Shown: piece by piece, positions 37,779 to 48,523 of the stretch | How positions within the stretch are numbered: position 1 is the stretch's first letter | Layout of the letters: the number at the start of each line of letters is the position of its first letter | From: Polyangiaceae bacterium | GTDB lineage: Bacteria; Myxococcota_A; Polyangia; Polyangiales; Polyangiaceae | Length of the DNA: 64,000 nucleotides | Reading direction: 5' to 3' | NCBI GenBank assembly: GCA_033763455.1 | Contig: JANRKO010000019.1 | Span: 160,001 to 224,000 of the forward strand | Made by a program: the position numbers and the translations under genes | Notes under the pieces: generated by a model | Database searches by the model: none | Seen by the model: the letters and a program-made list of their open reading frames with translations, nothing else | Told to the model about the DNA's origin: nothing

Positions 37779-39190
37779 CATCTTCGTTGGCGCAGTTCGG
37801 GGTTTCCGAGGCCATTTCCTCGGAAGAGCCTCTTTCACGCTGGGTAGCGCGGGAGCTTGAACGACTCAAGGATGCGGCGTTGGTGGTCCTTGGTGTGCCC
37901 GCACCGCGCGTATCGTTGGACCGCTTTCTGGCACTAGTTAAAGACGAAGAAGCACTGCTTTGGGACCCTCCGGGTGAGCCGGGTTTTGCCGGAGCCGGTT
38001 GTGCGCGTGAAGTGCGAGCCCAGGGGCCCTCGCGTTTCGTTGAAGCTCAGCAACTAGCTCGTTCCCTGTTCGCTTCAGTAAAGAGTGCCCACCGCGAGCG
38101 CCCTAACGAGGGTTTGGCCCTGCTTTTTGGTGGGTTTTCCTGCTTTCCGAACCAGGCGCTAGATGCTCTCTGGCAAAGCTTTGGCGAAGCGCGGTTTGTT
38201 TTGCCGCGAATCTTGTACAAGTTGCACAGCGACGGCACGGCAACGTTCGGCGTCACCTGCGACCTCGATTCCAAGCACTCACCCGCAGAGCTGGTGCGCT
38301 CCACTGTCGGCACCATTACCGAGTGGCTCGAGAGACTGAATGATGGGACCTCGGCTCCATTGCCTCAGGAGCGCACCCCCTCCATCTTGGAACAGAACGA
38401 ACTTGGGGAGGCCGAGTGGGGTTCGCTCGTGGGCCAAATTAGCCGGAATATTGAGGCGAAAACGGTAGAAAAAGTGGTCGCCGCGCGACGTAGCTCGCTG
38501 CAAATTTCCCCCACACCCGAGTGGCGCGACGTACTTCTGCGCCTCGCCGGAGACAATAATTCCTGCACGCGCTTCGCGCTCCATCACGCTGATTGTACAT
38601 TCCTCGGCGCCACCCCCGAACGGCTGATCCGTAAGTTTGGCACGCACTTCGACACTGAAGCTCTCGCGGGCTCTGCGCGGTCCGGCGCGGAGAGCGCCCA
38701 AATGCTGCTTGGCAGCCAAAAAGATCTCGAAGAGCACGCCATCGTGGTGCGTGAAATCAAGCGTTCGCTCGGCCCATTCGCCGCCGAGCTCACGGCTCCC
38801 GGCACCCCCAGCGTCCACGCGCTGCATTACGTTTCCCACCTCCGCACGCCGATCGAGGGCACGCTTCGAGCTTCCACGCATATCTTGGATCTTGTAGCTG
38901 CCTTGCATCCCACCCCTGCGGTTGGCGGCGTCCCCAAGGCTGACGCAGAACGCTTGATCTTGGCGAACGAGCGCGATCGCCGGGGCTGGTACGCTGGCCC
39001 CATCGGCTGGTTCGATCGGCATGGAGACGGCTCATTCGCCGTGGCGCTGAGGTCCGCATTGCTAGAAAGCAACTATGCACACCTCTATGCGGGAGCGGGT
39101 ATCGTCCGTGGTTCAGATCCTCACGCCGAATACCAGGAAACACAGTTGAAGCTGCAGGGCTTGCTGCGTGCACTCGGGGTCAGTGCGTGA
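37775..39190 (+). CDS. menF: Isochorismate synthase
   Basis: KVVAAR, FLGATPERL, ALAGS, LHPTPAVGG, YAGAGIV. Confidence 0.9.
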   Translation: MTSSLAQFGVSEAISSEEPLSRWVARELERLKDAALVVLGVPAPRVSLDRFLALVKDEEALLWDPPGEPGFAGAGCAREVRAQGPSRFVEAQQLARSLFASVKSAHRERPNEGLALLFGGFSCFPNQALDALWQSFGEARFVLPRILYKLHSDGTATFGVTCDLDSKHSPAELVRSTVGTITEWLERLNDGTSAPLPQERTPSILEQNELGEAEWGSLVGQISRNIEAKTVEKVVAARRSSLQISPTPEWRDVLLRLAGDNNSCTRFALHHADCTFLGATPERLIRKFGTHFDTEALAGSARSGAESAQMLLGSQKDLEEHAIVVREIKRSLGPFAAELTAPGTPSVHALHYVSHLRTPIEGTLRASTHILDLVAALHPTPAVGGVPKADAERLILANERDRRGWYAGPIGWFDRHGDGSFAVALRSALLESNYAHLYAGAGIVRGSDPHAEYQETQLKLQGLLRALGVSA

Positions 39191-40938
39191 CGGAGCCGAG
39201 CCCTCAAGCTGAGTGGGCTCGTTTGTTGTTTGGCAGCTTTGCGCAAGCGGGCGTTCAAGATGTGGTGATAAGCCCTGGGTCTCGTTCCACACCCTTCGTG
39301 TGGGCGGCGATCCATACCGAAAACTTGCGTTGCCATACCATTCTGGATGAGCGCTCAGCCGCATTTTTTGCTCTCGGACAGGCCAAATTGTCAGGCAAGC
39401 CAACCCTGCTCTTGTGCACTTCCGGCACCGCGTTAGCGCACTACTTCCCTGCCATAATCGAGTCCCGGTTAACGTCTACTCCGCTGGTGGTGCTGAGTGC
39501 GGATCGCCCCTTCGAGCTCCAAGCCGCAAAAGCTCCGCAAACGATCGACCAGGTGAAAATCTTTGGAGATTTCGCCGAATATTTCGAACTCGGCACGCCC
39601 GAAGCTCGGTCCGAAGCTCTGCATTTTGTGCGCCGGCTGGCCTTTCAAGCCGTGCTCTCGGCCCAGGCTCCCGGCGGGCGGCCCAGCCACGTCAACGCAC
39701 GCGCCAGAAAGCCACTAGAGCCCCAGAGCTTCCCTGAACTGCACTCACAGGTTTCGGCGCTGCTCGCTCTAGGCCCGCCCCCACACGCGAAGGCTGCGCA
39801 AAGCTGCTCAATTCCCCCGGTTTTGTCCGAGCAATTGCGCGATGCAACGCAAGGATTGCTGTTTTCAGGGCCAGAAGCTCCGGCCCATTCTGGCTATATA
39901 GGGAAGCTATTGGAGCTCGCTCGCCGCACCGGGTGGCCTATCGTTGTCGACGCCGCGAGCCCCCTTCGTTTTCTCGGGCCAGAAAGCGTACCGCCAGGCG
40001 TCACGTTGCTCGGGTTTGCAGAATGGTTCTTGCCAAACCTCGCTCAACACTTTGAGCCCGAGGTCGCAATCCATTTCGGCGAGCCAATGGTCCCAACTTC
40101 GCTTCAGGCTTGCGCCAAAAGCTGGGTGAACACCCAATTTTATGCCGCTTCAGTGAGCTTTTGGAACGATCCCGAGAACCGCGCAGCACAACTACCGAGC
40201 CAGCCCGAAGCTTTGCTGAATGCGCTTCTGGAGCAAGCGCCTGAGCTCGCGTTGCCCGCTGCCGCAAAATACGCCGCTAAGCTTCAGTCCCTGGAGTCTC
40301 GCGCCGCTGCTGCTGTTGAACAGGCTATTGCCACACAGACGCATTTTTCTGAAAGTCAAGCCGTACGCCTCGTTGCTCATGCGCTTCCCAAAGGGTCGCT
40401 TTTGGTCCTCGGCAACAGCTTACCTATTCGCGATTTCGGGGCGTTTGTTGCTCGCTCAGCTGCAGAGGTGCAAGTGCTCTCCCAACGCGGTGCCAACGGG
40501 ATTGATGGCCTGCTTTCCGGTGCAGCGGGGGCCGCAAGCGTTTTTGGAAAGCCCACTACGTTAGTGTTGGGGGATTTGAGCTTTGTTCATGATTTGGGCG
40601 GGCTTTGGAGTTGCCAAGCCATCAGAACCCCAGTTGTTATAGTGGTTATCGACAACGGGGGCGGAAGGATCTTCGAACAATTGCCCATCCAGCGAAGTGC
40701 GGGGATGTCGCAAGAGAAGCTCCAGCATTGGGTGCTCGATCACTCCCTGAAGCTCGACCACGCCGCCGCCGTATTTGGGCTCCCTGCCCACCGCATCTCC
40801 ACAGCTCAGGAGTTGGAGCAGGCCCTCAAGCTCTCCTACGCACACGCGGGAGCCAGCTTACTGGTGGTGAGTGTGGCACCCCACGGCGCCGAGGAAGCAA
40901 ACCAACGCGTCCGTGCGCTGTTAGCAGGCGATGGCTAA
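39187..40938 (+). CDS. menD: SEPHCHC synthase
   Basis: SPGSRSTP, DERSAAFFALG, CTSGTA, GNSLPIRD, RGANGIDG, GDLSF.HD, NGGG.IF. Confidence 0.95.
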   Translation: MTEPSPQAEWARLLFGSFAQAGVQDVVISPGSRSTPFVWAAIHTENLRCHTILDERSAAFFALGQAKLSGKPTLLLCTSGTALAHYFPAIIESRLTSTPLVVLSADRPFELQAAKAPQTIDQVKIFGDFAEYFELGTPEARSEALHFVRRLAFQAVLSAQAPGGRPSHVNARARKPLEPQSFPELHSQVSALLALGPPPHAKAAQSCSIPPVLSEQLRDATQGLLFSGPEAPAHSGYIGKLLELARRTGWPIVVDAASPLRFLGPESVPPGVTLLGFAEWFLPNLAQHFEPEVAIHFGEPMVPTSLQACAKSWVNTQFYAASVSFWNDPENRAAQLPSQPEALLNALLEQAPELALPAAAKYAAKLQSLESRAAAAVEQAIATQTHFSESQAVRLVAHALPKGSLLVLGNSLPIRDFGAFVARSAAEVQVLSQRGANGIDGLLSGAAGAASVFGKPTTLVLGDLSFVHDLGGLWSCQAIRTPVVIVVIDNGGGRIFEQLPIQRSAGMSQEKLQHWVLDHSLKLDHAAAVFGLPAHRISTAQELEQALKLSYAHAGASLLVVSVAPHGAEEANQRVRALLAGDG

Positions 40939-41704
40939 CCTTCAGAATTTTGTGCTGCTCCACGGATTTTTGGGCGCACCAGAAGTCTTCCGTGATGTGA
41001 AAGGTTACGTGGAGGGAGCGCTGAACGCCAACTGCTCCTTCTACACCCCCACGCTGAGTGGTCACGCGGGTGTGCCCGCGGCATGTGCTGATTTTGAAGC
41101 CGAAGTAACGCGGCTCCTGGCGGCGATCCCGAATCCCTCCCCACACGCGCGACTTCACCTTGTCGGGTATTCGCTGGGCGGGCGTTTGGCACTCGGGATG
41201 GCCCTCCGGCAACCCGCGCGTTTTAATTCACTCTGTTTGATCAGTGCGCACCCAGGGCTCACGGAGTCTGCTGCACGTGAGGAACGCTGCCGCTCCGACG
41301 AAACCTGGGCCTGCTTGCTGGAAGCCCACGGGTTGAAGGCGTTTGTCGAAGCGTGGCAAAAACAGCCGCTTTTCTCGTCTCAAACGCTGTTAAGTGAGAG
41401 CGTCCTAGCCGAGCAACAGCGGATAAGGCTGCGCCACGAGCCGAGCGATCTAGCCCAAGCTATGCGGCGGTTGAGCCTTGGGCGGATGCCGAACTACGCG
41501 GAGCGGCTTGGGGAACTTCGCTTGCCTGTCCAGTTGGTTACGGGTGCCCTTGATGCAAAATTTCAAGCCATAGCCCAATCCATGAGTCAGGCATTGCCGG
41601 CAGCAACACACCACTCCCATGCTGGTGTCGGCCATAACGTAGTGCTCGAAAACCCGCGGGACTTAGCGAAACAGCTGGCTCAGTTCGCGCTCACCGTCAC
41701 GTAA
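40931..41704 (+). CDS. menH: SHCHC synthase (alpha/beta hydrolase)
   Basis: LHGFLG, GYSLGGRLA, WQKQPLFSSQ, GHN. Confidence 0.88.
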   Translation: MANLQNFVLLHGFLGAPEVFRDVKGYVEGALNANCSFYTPTLSGHAGVPAACADFEAEVTRLLAAIPNPSPHARLHLVGYSLGGRLALGMALRQPARFNSLCLISAHPGLTESAAREERCRSDETWACLLEAHGLKAFVEAWQKQPLFSSQTLLSESVLAEQQRIRLRHEPSDLAQAMRRLSLGRMPNYAERLGELRLPVQLVTGALDAKFQAIAQSMSQALPAATHHSHAGVGHNVVLENPRDLAKQLAQFALTVT

Positions 41705-41731
41705 AGACGGTCCGCTCCTCATCTGCACCTG

Positions 41732-42073
41732 CTAACGCGAAAACGCGAGCAGGCAAAACGTCACAACGGCGAGGCTAATCCCCACGTAAACAGTCGGGGA
41801 AAGCACCTCTTTCAACACTAAGAGCCCAAGCACATTCGCTATCACGAGCGAGGCGACACTGAAGAGTGCCATCGTCTTACCAAGATCAATGGATGCAAAA
41901 ACGTAAAGCTGCCCGATCGTCGCAACGATACGAATGGAGAAGTACACAACAAACCATACGCTCGCAAATGCTGCTGTAGAAAAACCGTACAGCTTCATGT
42001 AGTTGCGCCCCATCAGATCGCTTACAGAAAAGAGCAATTGGGACCCGATCAAAGCAACATAAACCCAGGGCAT
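41732..42073 (-). CDS. Small four-helix membrane protein (SMR/EamA-like)
   Basis: Four hydrophobic segments; GLLVLKE motif near the C-terminus. Confidence 0.6.
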   Translation of the reverse strand: MPWVYVALIGSQLLFSVSDLMGRNYMKLYGFSTAAFASVWFVVYFSIRIVATIGQLYVFASIDLGKTMALFSVASLVIANVLGLLVLKEVLSPTVYVGISLAVVTFCLLAFSR

Positions 42074-42302
42074 AACGCCCCACGACAGCGCGAGTTTGCG
42101 CCTAAAGCAACCCCCGTGCGGCAACCCTGCAGCACCACGCGACGTTCACAGGCAAATCTGCCGTGTTGAGGGCATCCGCCGGGTGATGAAGCGAAAGTGC
42201 TATTGTGCGCTGCGTGTTTCGATAGTTGAGAACCCATCGAGCATTGCACGAGAGGTAGCCCAAGATATGATGCGCGCCTCTCGCTCCTTGAACGGATTTC
42301 AC

Positions 42303-44627
42303 ATGAAGAAGCTATTGATTGGTCTCGCCCTGGTGGTGTTGGGCAGTTGGTCATCCAACGCCGGAGCACAAAAATCACCCACTGATGTCGATGCCTTTGT
42401 GGTCGTCAGCAAAGACGGGCACCTACAGCTAAACGGCAGACGGGTGCGGTTTTGGGGTGCCACCGGCGGGTTCACGCTGGGAGCACAAGGGGCGGACAGG
42501 CAGAGCTATGCAGACGTGGATTTAGTGGTGAGCCGGCTGATGGAGCTCGGTTTCAACATGGTGCGTAATGGCCATCGCGGTGCGCTCACCTACACCAAGG
42601 GTGATCGCTCGGAGGCCGATCTGAGCGACTACTTCGTTTACAAGTTTAAGCAAGCTGGCGGCAAAATTTGGTCGACGGATCTGAGCCACGGGGCACGCAG
42701 CGCTACGTCAAAAGATGTGGATAGCGTAAAAGCTCCGGAGTCCGCCGCGGCCTGGGTCGCAGCCATGGAGGAGTGGGAGAAGAAGGGAAAAGGTAGGGTT
42801 TCGCTGACCCGCAATGTGGCGCGCATTTGGGACGCGCGGCTCGAAGCGATCGGCATCGCCAACATGAAAAAGGCGGTAGACCCAGTGAATCCGTACACGG
42901 GGCTACGGCGCGCGGACGACCCCGTGTATGCGATTTGGGAGCTCTCGAACGAAGAAGGTTGGATCTCCCAGATGTTGGGCGGCGAGTGGCAGCAGTTGCC
43001 GCGCTTCTTTCAAGATGAGCTCATCGGTCGCTGGCAAGTGTTTGTCCGCACCAAATACCAGGATGATTATGCGCTGAAAAAGGCGTGGGGCTTTTTGCTG
43101 CCAGGCGAAGCGCTGAAAGACAACACGATTCTGCTCGCGCCGATCCAAAGCAAGAGCTCTCCCGTCGTAATCAGCGACGCGAACCCGGCAGCGGTGTCGA
43201 TGCTGCAGAGCACCAAGCAAAAGTATTCACGAGACGATTTTACGCGCAGAAGAAGCAGCGACGTACTCGAGTTTCTCACGGGCCTCTGGGTAGAGCACAA
43301 GCAACGTGAAGCGGACGCCCTGAAGCCGATGGGTAAAAGCCTCACCAAGAGCCCCTTGGTTTGGAACACAGGCTTTCCAGGCTCTAACATTCAGGCTCAG
43401 TTTCTGCAGCAACACGCCGATGCTATCGCCCACGATTCATACATCGGCGGAACCCACCATGACTCAACCCACCGCCGTTTCCCTTTTTACAGTGGGCTGG
43501 AAGAGTTGCCTCGCATCGCCTGGAAAGATCCGTGGATTGAGCACAACCACATGCCGGGGAAGCCCTACCTGATCTACGAAACCCAGATCGATAACACGGC
43601 CAAATACCGTGCTGAATTCCCCATGCGCATGGCCTCTTTGGGCTCAATTCAAGATTGGGACGCCGTGTGCTGGCACTACTACGGGTTCGCGCCCGACTCG
43701 AAGAAAGAAAAGCCGTTCTTAGCCAAGCTTGATACCGGGCACTCGATGAACCTTCACTACCAGTTCGACGAAGTGCAGCTCTCATCGATGAAGGCGGCTT
43801 CCGCGATTTTTCGCAATTTCTTGCTCGCCCCTGCTCCCTCTCCCACCTTGTTCGTTTTCGGCAAACGTTCCCTGCACGATCCTGCGAGCATGGATTGGGC
43901 TGGTTCCTATACGCCAGGAATGCTCGATCGCATGATGGCCACCGCCTACCGCTACGGTTCACGGCTGCTGATCGATCCCACGCTTGAAAGCCGCCCTTTT
44001 GATCCACTGTTCAAAGTGAAGGGCACCTACGAGAAGTTCCTAGAAGACGGCTACTTGATTGTGGGCCCAAGTTATCGCCCTCGCACCTACGAGCCCAATC
44101 CCATCGTCCCCAGCGATCAAATCGAATACGACTGGCAAAAAGGCCATCTGAAGTTCGATGCCCCCGGCGTGGCGAGCTATTCGGGCTTCTTCGCGCAATA
44201 CGGCAACATCTTACGCTTCAAAAACGGAGTCGTCCTGCGGGATGTCACCATCAAAAACGACCCCGGCATTGCTTACCCTGTCACCAACGACGAGAAGTTC
44301 ATCGAGTTTAGCTTGGCAACGCTCGACGGCGCCCCCCTCGCCACCACCAAACACGCGCTGCTTTCTCTCGTGAGCACGAGCTTCAATACGGGCTTCAAGT
44401 TTGACATGAACAAGGTGACCGAGTTCTTTGCACCACCCGCAACGCAGGGCGATTTACCTGTGTTGTACGCTCGGGCGGGGGCCTCGGTGTTTGCTCCAGG
44501 CCTGCGTGGAATGAAGTATCGCTTTATGGATTGGAACCGGAAGGAGATCGCCACCGGAACCATCACCGACGGCGTGCTCAAGATCCCCGCAGATCAGCCC
44601 ATTTTCTACGTTGATCTGACCCGCTGA
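42303..44627 (+). CDS. Secreted glycoside-hydrolase-like protein (clan GH-A / GH5-like)
   Basis: Signal peptide; GRRVRFWG, GFNMVR, VNPYTG...DDP....WELSNE (acid/base-like), GKPYLIYE (nucleophile-like), QDWDA. Confidence 0.7.
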   Translation: MKKLLIGLALVVLGSWSSNAGAQKSPTDVDAFVVVSKDGHLQLNGRRVRFWGATGGFTLGAQGADRQSYADVDLVVSRLMELGFNMVRNGHRGALTYTKGDRSEADLSDYFVYKFKQAGGKIWSTDLSHGARSATSKDVDSVKAPESAAAWVAAMEEWEKKGKGRVSLTRNVARIWDARLEAIGIANMKKAVDPVNPYTGLRRADDPVYAIWELSNEEGWISQMLGGEWQQLPRFFQDELIGRWQVFVRTKYQDDYALKKAWGFLLPGEALKDNTILLAPIQSKSSPVVISDANPAAVSMLQSTKQKYSRDDFTRRRSSDVLEFLTGLWVEHKQREADALKPMGKSLTKSPLVWNTGFPGSNIQAQFLQQHADAIAHDSYIGGTHHDSTHRRFPFYSGLEELPRIAWKDPWIEHNHMPGKPYLIYETQIDNTAKYRAEFPMRMASLGSIQDWDAVCWHYYGFAPDSKKEKPFLAKLDTGHSMNLHYQFDEVQLSSMKAASAIFRNFLLAPAPSPTLFVFGKRSLHDPASMDWAGSYTPGMLDRMMATAYRYGSRLLIDPTLESRPFDPLFKVKGTYEKFLEDGYLIVGPSYRPRTYEPNPIVPSDQIEYDWQKGHLKFDAPGVASYSGFFAQYGNILRFKNGVVLRDVTIKNDPGIAYPVTNDEKFIEFSLATLDGAPLATTKHALLSLVSTSFNTGFKFDMNKVTEFFAPPATQGDLPVLYARAGASVFAPGLRGMKYRFMDWNRKEIATGTITDGVLKIPADQPIFYVDLTR

Positions 44628-44686
44628 CATTTCCGCGCCTGGCTCGGGAGCTAGCCAAAGCTGGGCGTTCTAGCTAGATCGCGGGG

Positions 44687-45595
44687 GTGTCTCGTACTCC
44701 CGATCCTGGTTCGCTCGGAGCCTGGGTGCTCGCCGCGCGGCCCAAAACACTCACGGCCGCCGCTACTCCAGTATTGGTTGCAACTGGAGTTTCCGTGGCC
44801 GTGGCTGGCAGTAGCTGGCTAACGTCTGGGGCATGGCCCGGAATTGCCGCGTTGGTCGGAGCGTTGCTGCTCCAGGTTTCGTCGAATTTCGCTAACGATT
44901 TTTTCGATTTTGAGGCTGGGGCTGATGCCGAAGACAGGCTGGGGCCGCCCCGCGCTGCACAGCTTGGGTTGCTGACACCGTCCGCGCTACGCCGTGGCCT
45001 CTTGGTTGTGCTGGGGCTGGCTTTGAGTGTTGGGGCGTACCTAACTAGCGTGCGGGGATGGCCCATTATTGGCATCGGGTTAGCATCCATGGCGGCAGCT
45101 GTGGCCTACACGGGTGGCCCCTACCCATTGGGCTATCACGGCCTGGGCGACGTATTTGTGATGCTCTTTTTCGGCTTCGTCGCGGTGTTGGGCACGGTGT
45201 ACGTGGAGCTCGGCGAAGTGCCAATCCTCGCCGTGTACGCGGCAATTCCCGTGGGGGCCCTTTCTACGGCGATCTTGGTGGTGAACAACCTGCGGGATCG
45301 TGAATCAGATGCGCGCGTAGGCAAACGAACACTCGCCGTGAGATTGGGCGAACGGGGAGCCGTGGCGGAATACGCCCTCTTGGTGGTGTTGGCTTACGCG
45401 ATACCTGTGGGCCTCTGGCTCTCAGGAGCGCAATCTGCCTGGGTTCTGCTCCCTCTGCTCTCGGCCCCCTGGGCCTTCTCATTAGTCAAGAAAGTGGCCC
45501 AGGTGCGGGGAAAGCCGATGAACGCAATGCTTGCAAGCACGGCGCAGCTCTTGGCGCTGCACGGGGTGCTGTTTGCGCTAGGGTTAGCTCTCTGA
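44687..45595 (+). CDS. menA: DHNA polyprenyltransferase
   Basis: [33 protein letters not shown]...D...[10 protein letters not shown]. Confidence 0.95.
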   Translation: MSRTPDPGSLGAWVLAARPKTLTAAATPVLVATGVSVAVAGSSWLTSGAWPGIAALVGALLLQVSSNFANDFFDFEAGADAEDRLGPPRAAQLGLLTPSALRRGLLVVLGLALSVGAYLTSVRGWPIIGIGLASMAAAVAYTGGPYPLGYHGLGDVFVMLFFGFVAVLGTVYVELGEVPILAVYAAIPVGALSTAILVVNNLRDRESDARVGKRTLAVRLGERGAVAEYALLVVLAYAIPVGLWLSGAQSAWVLLPLLSAPWAFSLVKKVAQVRGKPMNAMLASTAQLLALHGVLFALGLAL

Positions 45596-45632
45596 GCTCA
45601 TGTGTTTGCTCCGTTAGTGGAAGGTAACCGGC

Positions 45633-46682
45633 ATGCGGATGAAGCTCGTTGATGTGTCGCCGCTCAGCTGGATAGTATCGGAGCAAGTTCGTTCGGCCCG
45701 CGGCAGCTGGAATGAGCGTGAAGGGGTAAAGCTCACATTTGAGGATGAGGCGGGGCGCATCGGCTACGGCGAGGCCTCGCCTCTGCCCGGCTACAGCCGC
45801 GAAACGCTTGCGGACTGTTGGGGTGTGCTCTCCAAGCTCCGAGGCACCACTTGGTCGGTGGGGGTTGAGCCGGAAAAAGCGCTGCGGATGTTGCGCTCCA
45901 ATGGCACCGATCAAGAGCTCGCGGCGCTGCGATTTGCCCTCGAAATGGGCTATTTCGACCTTCTGAGCCAGCGCTTAACGGCAGATGCGCTCGCTCTTGC
46001 CCCTTCCCAATTTCGCCCGCTGCTTTTACGGAGTGAACCCGTGGGCATTCCGGTGGCGGCATTACTTGAGAACAGCAGCGTCGAGGCGTGCGTCCGGAGC
46101 GCCAAACGTGCCATGAGCTCGGGGATATCCACGTTCAAACTAAAGCTTGGAAGGGAGGCGTGCTGGGATCTAGAGCTCACGCAGCTCCAAGCGCTCCGAG
46201 ATACCTTTGGGGATAGCGTTCGTTTGCGGGCCGATGCGAACCAACACTTGGGGGAACCTCTGGCAGAAAAACTCCACGTTTTGGGCAAATTCAAGCTGGA
46301 TTTTATCGAAGAGCCGTGTGACTCGTTGGCTTCGCTTGAGGAGAGCTACCCACCAGGCGCAGCCACTATCGCCCTGGACGAATCGCTACAGGCTCTCGAC
46401 CCAGACATGCTCACGACAGATCCACCCGCCGCGCGCTCGCTCCGCTCGCTGATCGAACGCGGAGCGGTTGGTGCTTTGGTGCTCAAGCCCATGGCTCTTG
46501 GCGGCCTCGCACGATGCTTGAAGTGGGCGCACTTCGCGCATCAAGCTCAACTCAAAGTGATCGTCTCGCACCTATTTAGTGGACCTATTGCGTCCCGTTG
46601 GGAAAAACGGCTCGCTGCTAGCATTGGCACGCCCACCGAAGCTCAAGGTCTACACTACCAACCGACGCACTCGGCTCCCTGA
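45633..46682 (+). CDS. menC: o-succinylbenzoate synthase
   Basis: GYGEASPLPG, FKLK, LRADAN, IEEP, IALDES, LKP. Confidence 0.88.
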   Translation: MRMKLVDVSPLSWIVSEQVRSARGSWNEREGVKLTFEDEAGRIGYGEASPLPGYSRETLADCWGVLSKLRGTTWSVGVEPEKALRMLRSNGTDQELAALRFALEMGYFDLLSQRLTADALALAPSQFRPLLLRSEPVGIPVAALLENSSVEACVRSAKRAMSSGISTFKLKLGREACWDLELTQLQALRDTFGDSVRLRADANQHLGEPLAEKLHVLGKFKLDFIEEPCDSLASLEESYPPGAATIALDESLQALDPDMLTTDPPAARSLRSLIERGAVGALVLKPMALGGLARCLKWAHFAHQAQLKVIVSHLFSGPIASRWEKRLAASIGTPTEAQGLHYQPTHSAP

Positions 46683-46689
46683 GAGCACC

Positions 46690-48243
46690 ATGTTGCCAGC
46701 CCACGTTTCTCCCCGTCCTTTCGATCTTCAGGCCCTAGCAGAGAACGCCCCGGACGCGCCCGCGTTCATTTTGCCGGCTGGCCCCATCTCGTACGCCGAG
46801 CTGGCTCAAGGCTCTGCCCAAACGCTTACGTTGCTGCTGAGCTATGGTCTGGATCTCGAAACACCGGTGCCCGTTGTCTTCAGTGCGGAGCCAAATGTTT
46901 CAACGCTGGTCTTGTTGAGCACCCTACTCCACGTAGGGGCCCCCTGTGTTCCGCTGCATCCGCGCTGGTCGGCGAGCGAACGGCAGGCTGCGCTACTCGG
47001 CAAGCCCGCCCACCTGGTGTTGCCTGAAGGCTGGGTCGAAACCTTGCCTCAGCAGCCGTCTAAGATCGCGTGCGAAGCGTTTGCCAGCCCACCACTTAAA
47101 GCAGCGCGAGGTTCGGGTCACCCGGGCGCGATCATCTTCACCTCCGGAACTAGCGGAATGCCCCGCGGCGTGTGTCTCACCCAAGCGGCCCTGTGCGCGT
47201 CTGCACAAGCCAGCGCCGAGAATCTAGGCTGGCAGGACAACGATCGTTGGTTGCTCAATTTGCCGCTCGCCCACATCGGAGGCCTATCGGTACTCATTCG
47301 TTGTCTTTTGGCCCAAAAGCCCTGCGTTTTGGCGAACTCCGAACAGCTACGTTCCCCCTCCTCACTCGTAACATGGATCGAACAAAGCCAAGCCACACTG
47401 CTTTCGCTTGTCCCTACCCAGCTTTCGCGCTGGCTCAATACCCCAGGCCTTCGGCTTCCTAGCTCCGTGCGCGCCATCCTTGTCGGCGGCGCCGCATTAT
47501 CTCCCACTCTTGAGCACGAGGCCCTCGCCAGGGGTTGGCCCATCTTGCCCACCTATGGCTTAACGGAGGCGGCTTCCCAGGTGGCGACGCGTTCGCCCGC
47601 GAAGTCCTCGTCCACGCACACCACTTGGCGTGAACTTTACCCGAGCGAGGATGGCACCGTCGGCAAACCTCTGGCTCACTTAGAGCTGCGAATCGCCACG
47701 GCAGAGGCCTCCACCACTACTTCCGCACTCGACCCGCTGAGGGCCGCTTCAGGGATCGTGGAAATACGGGGAACCAGCCTTTTCTCCGGTTACTGGGGCG
47801 AACCTGAGCGAACCCACGGCGCGTGGTTCTCCACGGCGGATGTCGGGATGTTGAACAAAGATGGATATCTGAAGGTGCTCGGGCGTGCCGACGATATGGT
47901 GATTTCGGGCGGCGAAAATGTCGCCCCAGACGAAGTAGAAGCGGCCTTGCTGGAGTTCCCCGGTGTTCTAGGCGCTTGTGTGTTTGGCGTTCCAGATCAG
48001 GAATGGGGCGAGGCGTTGGCCTGCGTCGTAAGCCCTGAATCCGTCTCAACGGAGCTCCTACATACACATCTAGCCAATAGGCTTTCTGGCTTCAAATGCC
48101 CCAAATGGATTGCCCTCTGCCCTGAGTTACCGACAGGAAGCTCAGGCAAGGTGAAACGCCGTGATATCCGCGCGAGCTTCCGTGAAAAGCTGCGGCCGTG
48201 GGTATTGGGGGGAGTAATCGACGCTGGTGGTTGGTCAACTTGA
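46690..48243 (+). CDS. menE: o-succinylbenzoate-CoA ligase
   Basis: FTSGTSG.P, WLLNLPLAHIGG, TYGLTEAASQ, GRADDMVISGGENV. Confidence 0.88.
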   Translation: MLPAHVSPRPFDLQALAENAPDAPAFILPAGPISYAELAQGSAQTLTLLLSYGLDLETPVPVVFSAEPNVSTLVLLSTLLHVGAPCVPLHPRWSASERQAALLGKPAHLVLPEGWVETLPQQPSKIACEAFASPPLKAARGSGHPGAIIFTSGTSGMPRGVCLTQAALCASAQASAENLGWQDNDRWLLNLPLAHIGGLSVLIRCLLAQKPCVLANSEQLRSPSSLVTWIEQSQATLLSLVPTQLSRWLNTPGLRLPSSVRAILVGGAALSPTLEHEALARGWPILPTYGLTEAASQVATRSPAKSSSTHTTWRELYPSEDGTVGKPLAHLELRIATAEASTTTSALDPLRAASGIVEIRGTSLFSGYWGEPERTHGAWFSTADVGMLNKDGYLKVLGRADDMVISGGENVAPDEVEAALLEFPGVLGACVFGVPDQEWGEALACVVSPESVSTELLHTHLANRLSGFKCPKWIALCPELPTGSSGKVKRRDIRASFREKLRPWVLGGVIDAGGWST

Positions 48244-48274
48244 CCAACAGCCAGATGGGCGCCAGAATAGAACG

Positions 48275-48523
48275 ATGGCCAAAGGTTCCGTAAATCTGTA
48301 CGAAGCGAAAACCCGCTTATCGGAACTCGTCGATAAGGCATCGAAAGGCGAAAGCACCATTATCGCTAAAGATGGCAAACCCATGGCTCGCCTTGTTCCC
48401 TTGCCGCGAAAGAAACCTCAACGCAAGCCAGGCGCGGGGAAAGGTAAAGTTTGGATTGCCAATGACTTTGATGCTCCCCTGCCCGCCGATGTGTTGGCTG
48501 CTTTTGAAGGCTACGAGGAATGA
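48275..48523 (+). CDS. Phd/YefM-family antitoxin
   Basis: VNLYEAKTRLSELV...GE..IIAKDGKPMARLVP, DFDAPLP. Confidence 0.92.
   Translation: MAKGSVNLYEAKTRLSELVDKASKGESTIIAKDGKPMARLVPLPRKKPQRKPGAGKGKVWIANDFDAPLPADVLAAFEGYEE

Noticed and set aside
44625..44686. menB C-terminal remnant (FPRL-like) before menA
   Set aside because: A four-residue match is too short to support
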